DNA of 64,000 nt, from contig OZ244065.1 of NCBI GenBank assembly GCA_965215505.1, positions 2,208,001 through 2,272,000 on the forward strand. The letters run 5' to 3'. Origin of the DNA: Capsulimonadaceae bacterium. GTDB lineage: Bacteria; Armatimonadota; Armatimonadia; Armatimonadales; Capsulimonadaceae. A model generated the notes under the pieces. That model worked only from the letters and a program-made list of their open reading frames with translations. It searched no databases and was not told the DNA's origin. Below are positions 36,330 to 46,035 of the stretch, piece after piece (the first letter of the stretch is position 1; each line of letters opens with the position of its first letter). The position numbers were made by a program, and so were the translations under genes.

Positions 36330-39002
36330 ATGGACCTACCTGCCGGAATCGTCACGTTCCTGTTCACCGACATTGAGGGCAGCACCAAGCTGTGGGAGGA
36401 CCACACGGAGGTCATGGCTCAGGCCCAGGCGCGGCATGTGGAAATCATCGAGGGCTGCGTCGGGCGGCATGACGGGTTCCTGATTCAGAGCCGCGGGGAG
36501 GGCGACAGCACCTTCTCGGTGTTCGCGGGGGCGTCCGACGCCGTTGCGGCGGCGTGCGCCCTCCAGCGCGCCTTGCACGCCGAGCCGTGGCCGGTCGAGG
36601 CGCGCATCCGGGTGCGGGCCGCCCTGCACGCCGGCTCCGCCGTCCCGGACCGGGACAACTACCATGCCCCGGACGTCAACCGGTGTGCCCGCCTGCGCGC
36701 CATCGGGCACGGCGGGCAGACCCTCCTGTCGCGGGCGGTCTTCCTGCTGGCGGGGGAGGCGCTGCCGGAGGGGGCGGGCCTGCGCGACCTGGGCCTGCAC
36801 CGGCTCAAAGACTTGCAGCGGCCTGAGCAGGTATATCAGCTCCTGCACAGGGACCTGCCCGCCGCCTTCCCCTCGCTGCTCTCCCTCAACGCCCGCCAGA
36901 CCAACATCCCTCTCCAGCTGACCAGCTTCGTGGGCCGCAGCGAGGAGATCACCGAGGTCAAGCGGCGTCTCCGGGACACGCGGCTGCTGACCCTGACGGG
37001 TTTCGGCGGCTGCGGCAAGACGCGGCTCGCCCTGCAAGTAGCGGCGGAGAGCCTGGAGGAGTATCCGGACGGCGTCTGGCTGGTGGAGCTTGCGGCCCTG
37101 AGCGACCCGGCCCTGGTGGCGCAGACCGTGGCGGCGGCCTTGGGGATGAGCGAGCAGCCGGGCGTCCCACTGGAAAGGACTCTGGTGGAGGACCTGAAGC
37201 CGAAGCGGCTGCTGCTGGTCCTGGACAACTGCGAGCATCTGATCAAGGAGTGTACGGCCCTGGTGCGGATGTTCCTGCAATCGTGTCCGGGCCTGAAGGT
37301 GCTGGCGACGAGCCGGGAGGTGCTGGACCTGCCCGGCGGGGGCGTCTGGAACGTCCCGCCGCTGCCGCCGCCCCCGTCCGAGGAGGCGCTGGCGCTGGAA
37401 TCGGACTACGTCGCCGCCGTCATGGCGAGCGACTCGGCGCGGCTCTTCGCGGAGCGGGCGGCCCTGCACTCCCCCGGCTTCACGGTGACCCGGTCGAACG
37501 CGCCCGCCGTCGCGCTCGTCTGCCGGCAGCTCGACGGCATCCCGCTCGCCCTCGAGCTGGCGGCGGCGCGGGTGCGGGTGCTGGCGGTGGAGCAGATCGC
37601 GAAGCGGCTGGGCGACATGTTCAAGGTGCTGACGGGGGGCGGCCAGACGCTCCTGCCCCGGCAGCGGACGCTGCGGGCGATGATTGACTGGAGCCACGAC
37701 CTGCTGACCCAGCCGGAGCGCGTGCTGCTGCGCCGCCTGTCGGTGTTCGCGGGCGGGTGGACCTTGGAGGCCGCCGAGGCGGTCGGTCCGGGGGGCGGGA
37801 CCGGGGAAGACGGCGTCGGGGAGTGGGACGTATTGGACCTGCTCACGCGGCTGATTGACAAATCCCTGGTGATTTTCGAGGAGCGGCCTGGCCAGGGGCG
37901 ATACCGGATGCTGGAGCCGGTGCGCCAGTACGCCGCCGAGCGGCTGGCGGGGGCCGGCGAGTCCGAGGGCGTCGGCGGCCTTCACCTCGCGCATGTGCGG
38001 GGGCTGGTGGAGGGGCTGGAGTCCCGCCTGTGCGTAGGCGTGGACCAGGTGTGGTGGTTCCAGCAGCTAGAGCCGGAACAGGACAACGTCCGGGCCGCCC
38101 TAGAATGGTGCCGGGCGGACGGGCGGAGCGCGGAGCCGGGGCTGTGCCTGGCGTCGGCCTACACGCATGTCTGGTACATGCTGGGCCACTTCACCGAGGG
38201 CGTGACGTGGCTGGAGGCCCTGCTGGCGAAGGGGGATGCGGCGTCCCCGTCCGCGCGGGGGAAGGCCTACTCCGCCGTCGGCTACCTGTCGTTCTTCCTG
38301 GACGCGCAGGACCGGGTGAAGGCGCACGCCTACATGGAGCGGAGCGTCACGCTGCTGCGCGCGGCGGACGATCGCTGGAACCTGGCGGTCACGCTGAACC
38401 TGATGGCGAACGTCAATTTGTACGCCGGGAGGTTCGGGGAGGTCGGGGCGGCGGCGGAGGAAGCGCTCGCGCTGGCGCGGGAGCAGGACAACCCGCTGCA
38501 CATCGCCTTCTCCATCTTTCTGCTGGGGTTCCTGGCCTTTCTCGGCTCGGACTGGGCGCGGGCGGAAGAGCTGCTGGAAGAAAGCACGCGGATCTGGCGG
38601 GGGATCGGGAACCTGCACTTCTTCGCCAACGCCCTGATCCGGCTGGGGGACGTCAAGCAGCGCCAGGGGCGATACGCGGAGGCGCGGGCGCATTACATCG
38701 AGAGCCTGGAAAGCGCGCGCGGCCTGGACATCCTCATCACGATCGTGCGCGCCTTCCAGGGGCTGGCGCAGGTCATGCTGGCGCAGGGGGCGGCGGGGCG
38801 GGCCGCCCGTCTTCTGGGTGCCCTGGACGCGCTGAAGGCCGCCCGGCACGTCTCCATGCCGCCGTTCGACATGGAGATTCTCAGCAAGACGGCGGCGGCG
38901 GTCCGGGCGGCGGCGGGCGACGAATCATTCCAGTCGGCCTGGGACGGGGGCGCGACGCTGTCCCTGGAGCAGGCTTTGGCTTTCGCGGCGGAGGAGACCT
39001 GA
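36330..39002 (+). CDS. Class III nucleotide cyclase - STAND NTPase - TPR protein
   Basis: FLFTDIEGST, GEGDS and VNRCARL (cyclase); GFGGCGKT Walker A, LVLDNCEH Walker B and LDGIPLALELAA; C-terminal TPRs. Confidence 0.9.
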   Translation: MDLPAGIVTFLFTDIEGSTKLWEDHTEVMAQAQARHVEIIEGCVGRHDGFLIQSRGEGDSTFSVFAGASDAVAAACALQRALHAEPWPVEARIRVRAALHAGSAVPDRDNYHAPDVNRCARLRAIGHGGQTLLSRAVFLLAGEALPEGAGLRDLGLHRLKDLQRPEQVYQLLHRDLPAAFPSLLSLNARQTNIPLQLTSFVGRSEEITEVKRRLRDTRLLTLTGFGGCGKTRLALQVAAESLEEYPDGVWLVELAALSDPALVAQTVAAALGMSEQPGVPLERTLVEDLKPKRLLLVLDNCEHLIKECTALVRMFLQSCPGLKVLATSREVLDLPGGGVWNVPPLPPPPSEEALALESDYVAAVMASDSARLFAERAALHSPGFTVTRSNAPAVALVCRQLDGIPLALELAAARVRVLAVEQIAKRLGDMFKVLTGGGQTLLPRQRTLRAMIDWSHDLLTQPERVLLRRLSVFAGGWTLEAAEAVGPGGGTGEDGVGEWDVLDLLTRLIDKSLVIFEERPGQGRYRMLEPVRQYAAERLAGAGESEGVGGLHLAHVRGLVEGLESRLCVGVDQVWWFQQLEPEQDNVRAALEWCRADGRSAEPGLCLASAYTHVWYMLGHFTEGVTWLEALLAKGDAASPSARGKAYSAVGYLSFFLDAQDRVKAHAYMERSVTLLRAADDRWNLAVTLNLMANVNLYAGRFGEVGAAAEEALALAREQDNPLHIAFSIFLLGFLAFLGSDWARAEELLEESTRIWRGIGNLHFFANALIRLGDVKQRQGRYAEARAHYIESLESARGLDILITIVRAFQGLAQVMLAQGAAGRAARLLGALDALKAARHVSMPPFDMEILSKTAAAVRAAAGDESFQSAWDGGATLSLEQALAFAAEET

Positions 39003-39037
39003 TGGGAGGGTCTGATGGGAGGATCTGATGGGAGGTT
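38999..39037 (+). repeat. 13-bp tandem repeat x3 (CTGATGGGAGGNT)
   Basis: ctgatgggagggt / ctgatgggaggat / ctgatgggaggtt. Confidence 0.9.
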
Positions 39038-39894
39038 TGATGACTGAGGTGACGAACGGGCGGCGGTCAAGGCTGACGGCGCTGTCGGCCCGGCTGGTTT
39101 CGGTGTCCCCGGCGCTCCGGCGGCGGCTCTGGCGGCTGTGTTATGAGGCTCTGGCGGCGCGCTACCGGAGCGGGCAGTGGTCGTTCATGAACTTCGGCTA
39201 TGCCGAGACCGACCCGGCCGCGCCCGCCCTGGGCCTGGGCGAGTCCGACGAGCCGGACCGGCACTGCATCCAGCTCTACGACCACGTCCTGCGCCCCGCC
39301 GGGGCGCGTCTGGTTGGGGCGCGCGTCCTGGAAGTCGGCTGCGGGCGGGGCGGGGGGTGCGACTACATCTCGCGGACGGGGTCGCCCCAATCCGTGACCG
39401 GCGTGGACTTCTCGGCCCAGGCGGCGGCGCTGTGCCGCGCCTCGTTCGCCCGGCCCGGCCTGTCGTTCCGGCAGGGGGACGCCGAGGCGCTGCCGTTTCC
39501 GGACGGCTCCTTCGACATCGTCCTGAACGTCGAGTCGTCGCACTGCTACGGGTCCATGGAGCGCTTCATGGCCGAGGCCGCCCGCGTGCTGGTGCCGGGC
39601 GGCCTCTTTTTGTGGGCGGACATGCGCCCGGCGAGGACGCGCGAAGCGGTCGCCCGTGACCTGACGGGGAGCGGCCTGCGGCTTGTCTCCGAAGAAGCCA
39701 TCACGCCCAACGTCCTGCTCTCCCTGGAACGGATGACCGAAGTCCGGACGGAGATGATCCGGAGCATGGTCCCCCGCCCGTTCCGCCGGGGCCTCCGAGA
39801 CTTCGCGGGGGTGTCGGGGTCCCGGCTCCACGAGTCGCTGCGGACGGGGGTGCTGGAGTACCTCAGTTGCGCGCTTCAGAAGCCTGCGGCGTGA
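39028..39894 (+). CDS. Class I SAM methyltransferase (fatty-acid/phthiotriol O-methyltransferase-like)
   Basis: FMNFGY, IQLYDHV, VLEVGCGRGGG and NVESSHCY. Confidence 0.88.
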   Translation: MGGLMTEVTNGRRSRLTALSARLVSVSPALRRRLWRLCYEALAARYRSGQWSFMNFGYAETDPAAPALGLGESDEPDRHCIQLYDHVLRPAGARLVGARVLEVGCGRGGGCDYISRTGSPQSVTGVDFSAQAAALCRASFARPGLSFRQGDAEALPFPDGSFDIVLNVESSHCYGSMERFMAEAARVLVPGGLFLWADMRPARTREAVARDLTGSGLRLVSEEAITPNVLLSLERMTEVRTEMIRSMVPRPFRRGLRDFAGVSGSRLHESLRTGVLEYLSCALQKPAA

Positions 39895-40513
39895 CGCCGG
39901 CCTGAAGGCTCGCGGCAGACGGTAAGTTCGCAGCGGCCTGGGCCTGGAGCAGAGCGGCGGCCTTGCGGGCGGCGCGGGAGCGTCGCTTGACGGGTTTGGA
40001 CAGCCGCCCTTCGGACGTCACCAGTGTCCCCAGCAAGTAATCGGCCAATGGGAAGAGGACATTGAAGTTGCGCTGCATGTAGCGGTGGTGCAGCCGGTGG
40101 TGTTCGCGGAGGAACAGGAACCAGCGGAACCGCTCCAGCCGGTGACCGCGCGGCACATGCATCAGATAGTGGGTGTACTCATAGCCCGCATAGTAGAGGG
40201 TGAGGCCGGCCACCGCGCCCCAGAAGGTCGGCGCTTTCGTGAGCCACTGGAACAGCAGGAAGACCGGGACGTGTCCCAGCAGAATGGCCGGGAAGGTGGT
40301 GCGGCGCAGGGTGACATGGGGGGGACGGCCCGGCCCGCGGGCCAGGAAGTTTTCGCCCTTGTAGATCTGGTGGTGGATCAGCGTGTGTCCGTCGAACATC
40401 CACTGGACCGGGGAGCGTTTGGTGTGCATGAAGTAACGGTGGGCGAACCACTCGTAGAAACTGGAATATAAAAACCAGAACAGGCAGGCCGTAGCTTCCG
40501 TAGCAAAAGTCAT
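39863..40513 (-). CDS. Fatty acid hydroxylase/sterol desaturase family protein
   Basis: His boxes EWFAHRYFMH, HTLIHH, HYLMH and HHRLHH. Confidence 0.85.
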   Translation of the reverse strand: MTFATEATACLFWFLYSSFYEWFAHRYFMHTKRSPVQWMFDGHTLIHHQIYKGENFLARGPGRPPHVTLRRTTFPAILLGHVPVFLLFQWLTKAPTFWGAVAGLTLYYAGYEYTHYLMHVPRGHRLERFRWFLFLREHHRLHHRYMQRNFNVLFPLADYLLGTLVTSEGRLSKPVKRRSRAARKAAALLQAQAAANLPSAASLQAGVTPQASEARN

Positions 40514-40706
40514 CTAGCGCTCCTCATCAGTGACGGTCGGGGCCTCGGTGAGAGGCTGCCCGTTGAGCGCTGCCTGCTGGGGCGGGGAGGCGTTCGGAAG
40601 GAAGATTCGACGCCGTATGCTAGAATCCCTTCTTTGTGCAGTCGGGCAGTCGGGTTGTCGGGCGCTGATGATCGGACTGCTCGCGCGATATGGCAGCGGG
40701 GAACGC

Positions 40707-40967
40707 TTATCGTGCCGCCGGGGTCATGTTCCTCTGCTTCATCTGGATCCTGTACCTGGTGTAGAACCAGCCGAGGGTGATGCCGCTGACCGTGCAGAAG
40801 CCGTCAAACAGAGCAAACCGTGTCCTGAAGCCAGGGCCGCTTGTGGAAATGATCGAATGCGGCTGACCATCCACACTCACGGTGTAGCCACCCGAAGACG
40901 GCTGCTTGTCCAGCTCTACCTTGTGGCGGGCGTTTTCCGCGATGAACTCGATCTGCGCGAGAGCCAT
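40707..40967 (-). CDS. Small hypothetical protein
   Basis: GAGGA RBS before ATG 40967; 86 aa. Confidence 0.5.
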   Translation of the reverse strand: MALAQIEFIAENARHKVELDKQPSSGGYTVSVDGQPHSIISTSGPGFRTRFALFDGFCTVSGITLGWFYTRYRIQMKQRNMTPAAR

Positions 40968-40997
40968 TAATTTTTCCTCTTCATCTTTCAGTGGGGG

Positions 40998-41196
40998 TGC
41001 ATCCTGTCTGCAAGCCGGTTCCCCCATAAACGTGCCGGACGCGAATGCAGGCCTGCCGAATGTTGTTGGCCTGCTCGTGGATGTTGTCCGCGCCTGACCC
41101 GGCTTCCTCGGCGAAGTATGTGTGAACTCCTAGACTCAAACCCTCTTCCCCAGCGGCGTCGTAGGACATCGTGCTGCTCAGTTCGTGACGGATGCA
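40998..41196 (-). ncRNA. Candidate ~200-nt structured RNA or leader
   Basis: Extended -10 TGGTACAAT at 41200-41208; closing stem (GC)AUCC-GUC/GAC-A-GGAU(GC); internal pairings AAGCCGG/CCGGCUU, GCAGGCC/GGCCUGC and UCCUA/UAGGA. Confidence 0.45.
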
Positions 41197-41285
41197 TGGA
41201 TTGTACCACGAATACTTGGTAGTGGCTCAGAAGGTCTGCTTGCGTTGGAGGGGAGAACTCGGAGATGAGGGCGAATGTGGACAAG

Positions 41286-41405
41286 AAGGGCGAACACAAG
41301 GTTCGCCCCTACAAGATGGGAGAAGGAGGCGGGGATAGTAGGAGGGCGCGATGAATCGCGCCCCTACGGGTCAGGATGTAGGGCGCGAACCTTGTGTTCG
41401 CCCTT
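41286..41405. repeat. Cluster of three GTAG-type REP palindromes
   Basis: AGGGCGAACACAAGGTTCGCCCCTAC, AGGGCGCGATGAATCGCGCCCCTAC and GTAGGGCGCGAACCTTGTGTTCGCCC. Confidence 0.85.
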
Positions 41406-41471
41406 TTGGGTCATGTTCGCCCTCAGACTCTTTTGAGCCATTGCCGGGCGTGTTCGGCACTCGGCGTTCCT

Positions 41472-42629
41472 TCACCACTCGGCGACCGCGCCGTCGGCGG
41501 TGCGCCACAGCGGGTTGCGCCAGCGGTGGCCGATGGCGGCCATCTCGCGGACTTTGGCCTCGTTGACCTCGATGCCCAGGCCCGGCCCCATCAGGCGGGG
41601 GACGTAGCCGGCCTGGTAATGGAAGACGGAGGGGTCGGCGAGGTAGTCCAGCAGGTCGGACCCCTGGTTGTAGTGGATACCGAGGCTCTGCTCCTGGATG
41701 AAGGCGTTCGGGGTACAGAAGTCGAGCTGCAAGGCCGCCGCCAGGGAGATCGGGCCGAGCGGGCAGTGGGGGGCGACGGCGACATCGTAGGCCTCGGCCA
41801 TGGCGGCGATCTTGCGGGTCTCCCAGATGCCCCCGGCGTGGCTCAGGTCGGGCTGGATGATGTCCACGTTGCCTGCCGCCAGCAGGGGCTTGAAGTCCCA
41901 GCGCGTGTACATCCGCTCGCCGGTGGCGATGGGGATGCTGGTGTGGCGCGCGATCTCGGCCAAGGCCTCGTTGTTCTCGGCCAGGACCGGCTCTTCGAAG
42001 AACATCGGCGCGAACGGCTCCAAGGCTTTCATAAGCATCTTCGCCATGCTCTTGTGGACGCGCCCATGAAAGTCAATGCCAAGGCCGACGGCGGGGCCGA
42101 CGGCCTCGCGGACGGAAGCCAGCCGGGCGACGGCCTCGTTGATCTTGAGGGTCGAATCAATCCATTCAAGCGCGCCCGTGGCGTTCATCTTGAGGGCGGT
42201 GTAGCCGGAAGCCACCAAAGCGCGGGCGGACGCGGCGGCGTCGGCGGGGTCATCGCCGCCGATCCAGGCGTAGACGCGCATCCTGTCCCGGACGGGGCCG
42301 CCCAGGAGGTCGTAGACGGGGACGCCCAGGCGGCGGCCTTTGAGGTCCCACAAGGCCTGCTCGATGCCCGAAATGGCGCTGGTCAGGACGGGGCCACCCC
42401 GGTAAAAGCCGCCCCTATAGAGTGTCTGCCAGAGGTCCTCGATGTGGTTGGAATCCTTGCCGATGAGCGAGTCGCTCATCTCCTCGACGGCGGCGCGGAC
42501 GGTTTCGGCGCGGCCCTCGACGATTGGCTCCCCCCACCCCGCCCGCCCGTCTTCCGTCGTGATCTTCAGGAACAGCCAGCGGGGCGGGACGGCGAACAGC
42601 TCCAGGCTGCGGATATGGCTCTCGTTCAT
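41472..42629 (-). CDS. dgoD: Galactonate dehydratase
   Basis: VPPRWLFLKI, FYRGGPVL, YAWIGGD, DFHGRVHK, APHCPLGPI and QEQSLGIHYN. Confidence 0.95.
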   Translation of the reverse strand: MNESHIRSLELFAVPPRWLFLKITTEDGRAGWGEPIVEGRAETVRAAVEEMSDSLIGKDSNHIEDLWQTLYRGGFYRGGPVLTSAISGIEQALWDLKGRRLGVPVYDLLGGPVRDRMRVYAWIGGDDPADAAASARALVASGYTALKMNATGALEWIDSTLKINEAVARLASVREAVGPAVGLGIDFHGRVHKSMAKMLMKALEPFAPMFFEEPVLAENNEALAEIARHTSIPIATGERMYTRWDFKPLLAAGNVDIIQPDLSHAGGIWETRKIAAMAEAYDVAVAPHCPLGPISLAAALQLDFCTPNAFIQEQSLGIHYNQGSDLLDYLADPSVFHYQAGYVPRLMGPGLGIEVNEAKVREMAAIGHRWRNPLWRTADGAVAEW

Positions 42630-43294
42630 CGGGTTTGTTCGCCTTTCAGGGCAGTGCGGGCCGCCGCCATCGCTTGGACGTATTCGCGCGCCATGGCCGT
42701 CAGTCCAGCCCAGTCGCGGTCGCGCAGGGCGGACTTGCTGACCAGGTTACCACCCAGGGCGACGCCCGTGCTGCCTGCCTGCATGTAGGCGGCGAGGTTT
42801 TCCAGCGAAACGCCGCCGGTCGGGATGACTCGGAGGAACGGCAGGGGGGCGCGCAGGGCGCGGACGTAGGCCGGCCCCAGTGTGTCGGCGGGGAACAGCT
42901 TGATGAAGTCCGCCCCGGCCCGGTGCGCGGCCAGGGCCTCCGTCGGGGTCATGCACCCGCAGGCGATGGGCAGGGCGTTCGCACGGCAGAGGGCGATGGT
43001 TTCCGGCTGGAGGGTGGGCGTGACGATGAACTCCGCGCCCGCCTCGTGCGCGGCACGGGCGTCGTCGGGTCCGAGGATGGTGCCCGCGCCGACGCGCAGG
43101 GCGGGCGAGAGCGCGCGGCGGATGGCGGCGATGGCGTGCAGTGCGCCGGGCGTATTCAGGGTGATCTCCATGGCCCGGAGGCCGCCCTCAGCCAGTGCCT
43201 CGGCGACGCGGATCAGGTCCACCTCGGCGTCGGTGCGGACGATGGCGATCAGGCCGATCTCTTCCAGTTCGGCGGCGGTCAGCGTGTCAGACAT
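42626..43294 (-). CDS. eda: KDPG/KDPGal aldolase
   Basis: EITLNTPGA, VGAGT, TPTEA, IKLFPA and PTGGV. Confidence 0.9.
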   Translation of the reverse strand: MSDTLTAAELEEIGLIAIVRTDAEVDLIRVAEALAEGGLRAMEITLNTPGALHAIAAIRRALSPALRVGAGTILGPDDARAAHEAGAEFIVTPTLQPETIALCRANALPIACGCMTPTEALAAHRAGADFIKLFPADTLGPAYVRALRAPLPFLRVIPTGGVSLENLAAYMQAGSTGVALGGNLVSKSALRDRDWAGLTAMAREYVQAMAAARTALKGEQTR

Positions 43295-43305
43295 TTTTAG
43301 CCCCC

Positions 43306-44280
43306 TCAGCGCCAGGCGGCGCGGCCCTCGCGTGCCCGGACGGATTCCACGTCGGCACGCGTGGCGAGCAGCAGGTCTCCCAGGATCGTGCGCTTGAGCG
43401 CCCCGGCGGCGGCACCCATCTGCAAGGCGTCTTCCAGGGCTGACCCTCTTAGATATTCCGCCAGGAAGCCGGCGGCAAACGCATCCCCGGACCCGAAGCG
43501 CTCCACGGTCGTCTCGACCGGGACGGCGGGGACGGTGCGACAGCGGTTCACGTCGCAGGCGGTCGCGCCGTCCGCCCCAGCCGTCAGGACCGCCACGGGG
43601 ACGCCGAAGCGGGCGCGCAGGCTGGAGGCGCGGGCGGCATCATCCCCGGACAGTCCGAAGAGCCGGGCGGCATCATCACGCGCGCAGAAGAGCAGGTCTG
43701 CTGACGGGATGAGCAGGGCCAGGGTGTCAGCGGCGGCCTCCGGGGTCCAGAGTTTGGCCCGGTAGTTGATGTCTAGCGAAACCGTCCGCCCGCGCGCTTT
43801 GGCCCGCGCTACGGCGTCGGTGACGGCATCGGCGCAGGAGACCGAGAGGGCGGGCGTGATGCCGCTGACGTGCAGGTGCCGGTGGGTGTCAAAGAGCGCA
43901 TCGGGCAGGTCGGGGGGGGACAGGAACGAGGCGGCGGAATGGGCGCGGTCGTAGAAGACCGCCCCGGCGCGCGGCTCCGCCCCCGCCTCGGAATAGAGCA
44001 GACCGACGCGCTCGGCGGGCGGCGTCCAGACGACGTGGGAGACGTCTACATTCGCGGCGCGCAGGGCGTCGGCGACCTTGCGGCCCGGCGGGTTGTCCGG
44101 CAGGCGGCTCACCCACGAGACGGTCAGGCCCAGCACGGCAAGGGCGGCGGCGACGTTGGACTCCGAGCCTGCCACCCAGACGTCAAGGGACGTTGCCTGG
44201 GCCAGCCGCAGACGGCCCGGCGGGGACAGGCGCAGCATCGTCTCGCCGAAGGTCAGAACGTCCCGCTCAGGCTGGGTCAT
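43306..44280 (-). CDS. kdgK: PfkB-family 2-keto-3-deoxy sugar acid kinase (KdgK-like)
   Basis: FGETMLRL, GSESNVA, SGITPAL, DINYRAKLW and GSGDAFAAG. Confidence 0.85.
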   Translation of the reverse strand: MTQPERDVLTFGETMLRLSPPGRLRLAQATSLDVWVAGSESNVAAALAVLGLTVSWVSRLPDNPPGRKVADALRAANVDVSHVVWTPPAERVGLLYSEAGAEPRAGAVFYDRAHSAASFLSPPDLPDALFDTHRHLHVSGITPALSVSCADAVTDAVARAKARGRTVSLDINYRAKLWTPEAAADTLALLIPSADLLFCARDDAARLFGLSGDDAARASSLRARFGVPVAVLTAGADGATACDVNRCRTVPAVPVETTVERFGSGDAFAAGFLAEYLRGSALEDALQMGAAAGALKRTILGDLLLATRADVESVRAREGRAAWR

Positions 44281-44289
44281 CGGGTGCCC

Positions 44290-46014
44290 TCACTTGGCGC
44301 TCGCCACAGGCTTGCCCCAGGCCTTCTGCGCCCACACGTCCATGGGGGCGTAGTTGTCGCCCCAAGTCGTGTACATCGCGCCGACGACGCCCGGCAGGCC
44401 CTTGTCACCGGCGATCCACTTCTGGATGCCTTCCCCGCTCTCGTCGCCGTCGTAGTAGCCGGACAGGACCTGTCTCAGCCCCAGGTCGGCGAAGAATTTG
44501 CTGTCCTTCGCGCCTCCGCTGCCGTTCCAGTTCACGAGGCCGACATCTTTGTCCAGACCCTTCCACGAGCCTTGGAGCGACCCGTTCACGAGGTAGAAGC
44601 GGTCCGTGGCGTTGTGGTATGGGTCGAACATGTCGCTCCAGACCCAGATTCCGGCGTCGGGCCGGATCGCCCGGATGATGCCCGCCGACTTGTGGATGTT
44701 CCAGGCCAGGAGCTGGCCGGGCGTCATGTGCATCGCTTGGCACGACGCGCACTGGTCCATGACCCGCATCTCGTCGTGTTCCATGAGGAAGGCGGCGGGG
44801 TGGTACAGGTCGTTGGCCGACTTCACCTCGGCCCGCCAGTCGTCGAAGATCTTCGGCTCGCTAAGGCATTCCGTGATGCGGTCCTCGTAGATGATGACCG
44901 GGTGGTAGTAGCTCACCCGTAGCCGCTGGCCCTCTTTAATGCGCGAGCCAGGCATAAGGTGGATGAAGGGCGGATCGTGGTAGGCGATCCAGGGCTGAAG
45001 CCGAGGGTCCACGATCTTCGCGTAGTCGCGCCCTTCCTCGTAGGCCGTGCCGTCCTCGCCGCGCACGGTGACGGGGCAGCCGGGGCGGCGCATGACGTTC
45101 ACGAGGCCGACCTCATCTATGTGAAAATCGTCCCACCAGACCTTGCCGGTGGTCCCGCCCCACGTCCCCAAATACAGCGTTCCCTTCGTGTTGTCCAGGC
45201 TGTTGAAGGCCAGGTCGTAGTGCTTCCAGTCCTGGGTGGCATCGCAGTGGAAAGTCTGGTAGCTGATGCCGCTTTGCCCATCCGCCGTCAGCAGCTTGAC
45301 CTCGGGCGAGAACCCGCCCGCCATGTCCTGCGTCTTGACCCAGAAGGAGACGTGGTACTGGCGGTGCGGCTGGAGCGCGACGGTCTGCATGACGCGGCAG
45401 TGCTGGCCGTCGTTCTTGCCGGGGTTCTCCATGCGGAGGGAGGTCCTGCCGCCGTGCGTGACGGCATGGTCGGCGAAGGTGGTGACGCCCTCGCTGTCCT
45501 GGAACGACCAGCCGTTGAAGTGGTTGCCGGTCACGTCCTCAAAGTCGCCATTCGCAACATGGGTCGGATTGTCCGGCTGGAAGGAGGCCGCGCCGCCGTG
45601 CGCGACGAACAGGGCATCCCTGGTCAGCACCCCTTCTTCATAATTGGGGTCGTGCGCCCCGCCCATGACCATCGCGACCAGCCCCAGCCCGTACTTGTCG
45701 GCGGCCGACTTGAACTCCGCCGCTTTGGCGGGCGCGACGTTGGACGAGAAGACGACCGCGTTGAAGCCGTCGGCCTGGGCGCGCGGGAACTCGGCGATGG
45801 TGCGGTCTACTTGCTTGGGGTCGCTCATATCCCGCCAGAAGAAGAGCCAGCGTTTCTGCATAGTCGGGGACGTGAGCAGCGCGGCGGCTCGGATGGCGGG
45901 CTTGGGTGTGGCTTTTTTGGCGACCTGCTTTGGCACGGCCCCAGCGCCGCCGCAGAGCAACGCGCTGACCGATAGCGCGAGAAGCGTTTGGATCACGATA
46001 CGGCAGTGCATCAT
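44290..46014 (-). CDS. Secreted protein with carbohydrate-binding (CBM4/9-like) and glycoside-hydrolase-like domains
   Basis: Signal peptide; NGDFED...W CBM; HDEMR, VWSDMFDPYHNA and GAMYTTW. Confidence 0.7.
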   Translation of the reverse strand: MMHCRIVIQTLLALSVSALLCGGAGAVPKQVAKKATPKPAIRAAALLTSPTMQKRWLFFWRDMSDPKQVDRTIAEFPRAQADGFNAVVFSSNVAPAKAAEFKSAADKYGLGLVAMVMGGAHDPNYEEGVLTRDALFVAHGGAASFQPDNPTHVANGDFEDVTGNHFNGWSFQDSEGVTTFADHAVTHGGRTSLRMENPGKNDGQHCRVMQTVALQPHRQYHVSFWVKTQDMAGGFSPEVKLLTADGQSGISYQTFHCDATQDWKHYDLAFNSLDNTKGTLYLGTWGGTTGKVWWDDFHIDEVGLVNVMRRPGCPVTVRGEDGTAYEEGRDYAKIVDPRLQPWIAYHDPPFIHLMPGSRIKEGQRLRVSYYHPVIIYEDRITECLSEPKIFDDWRAEVKSANDLYHPAAFLMEHDEMRVMDQCASCQAMHMTPGQLLAWNIHKSAGIIRAIRPDAGIWVWSDMFDPYHNATDRFYLVNGSLQGSWKGLDKDVGLVNWNGSGGAKDSKFFADLGLRQVLSGYYDGDESGEGIQKWIAGDKGLPGVVGAMYTTWGDNYAPMDVWAQKAWGKPVASAK

Positions 46015-46035
46015 GGGATACTTACTTTCGTGCCC

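Noticed and set aside
40998-41196. Canonical rnpB, tmRNA, 6S or c-di-AMP riboswitch
   Set aside because: Too short and missing universal RNase P residues; no tRNA-like T arm or tag ORF; no long 6S-type rod; GGGGGAACC is in the wrong context for ydaO.
41286-41405. Possible CRISPR array
   Set aside because: Repeats vary in sequence and orientation, match GTAG REPs, and no cas genes are present.
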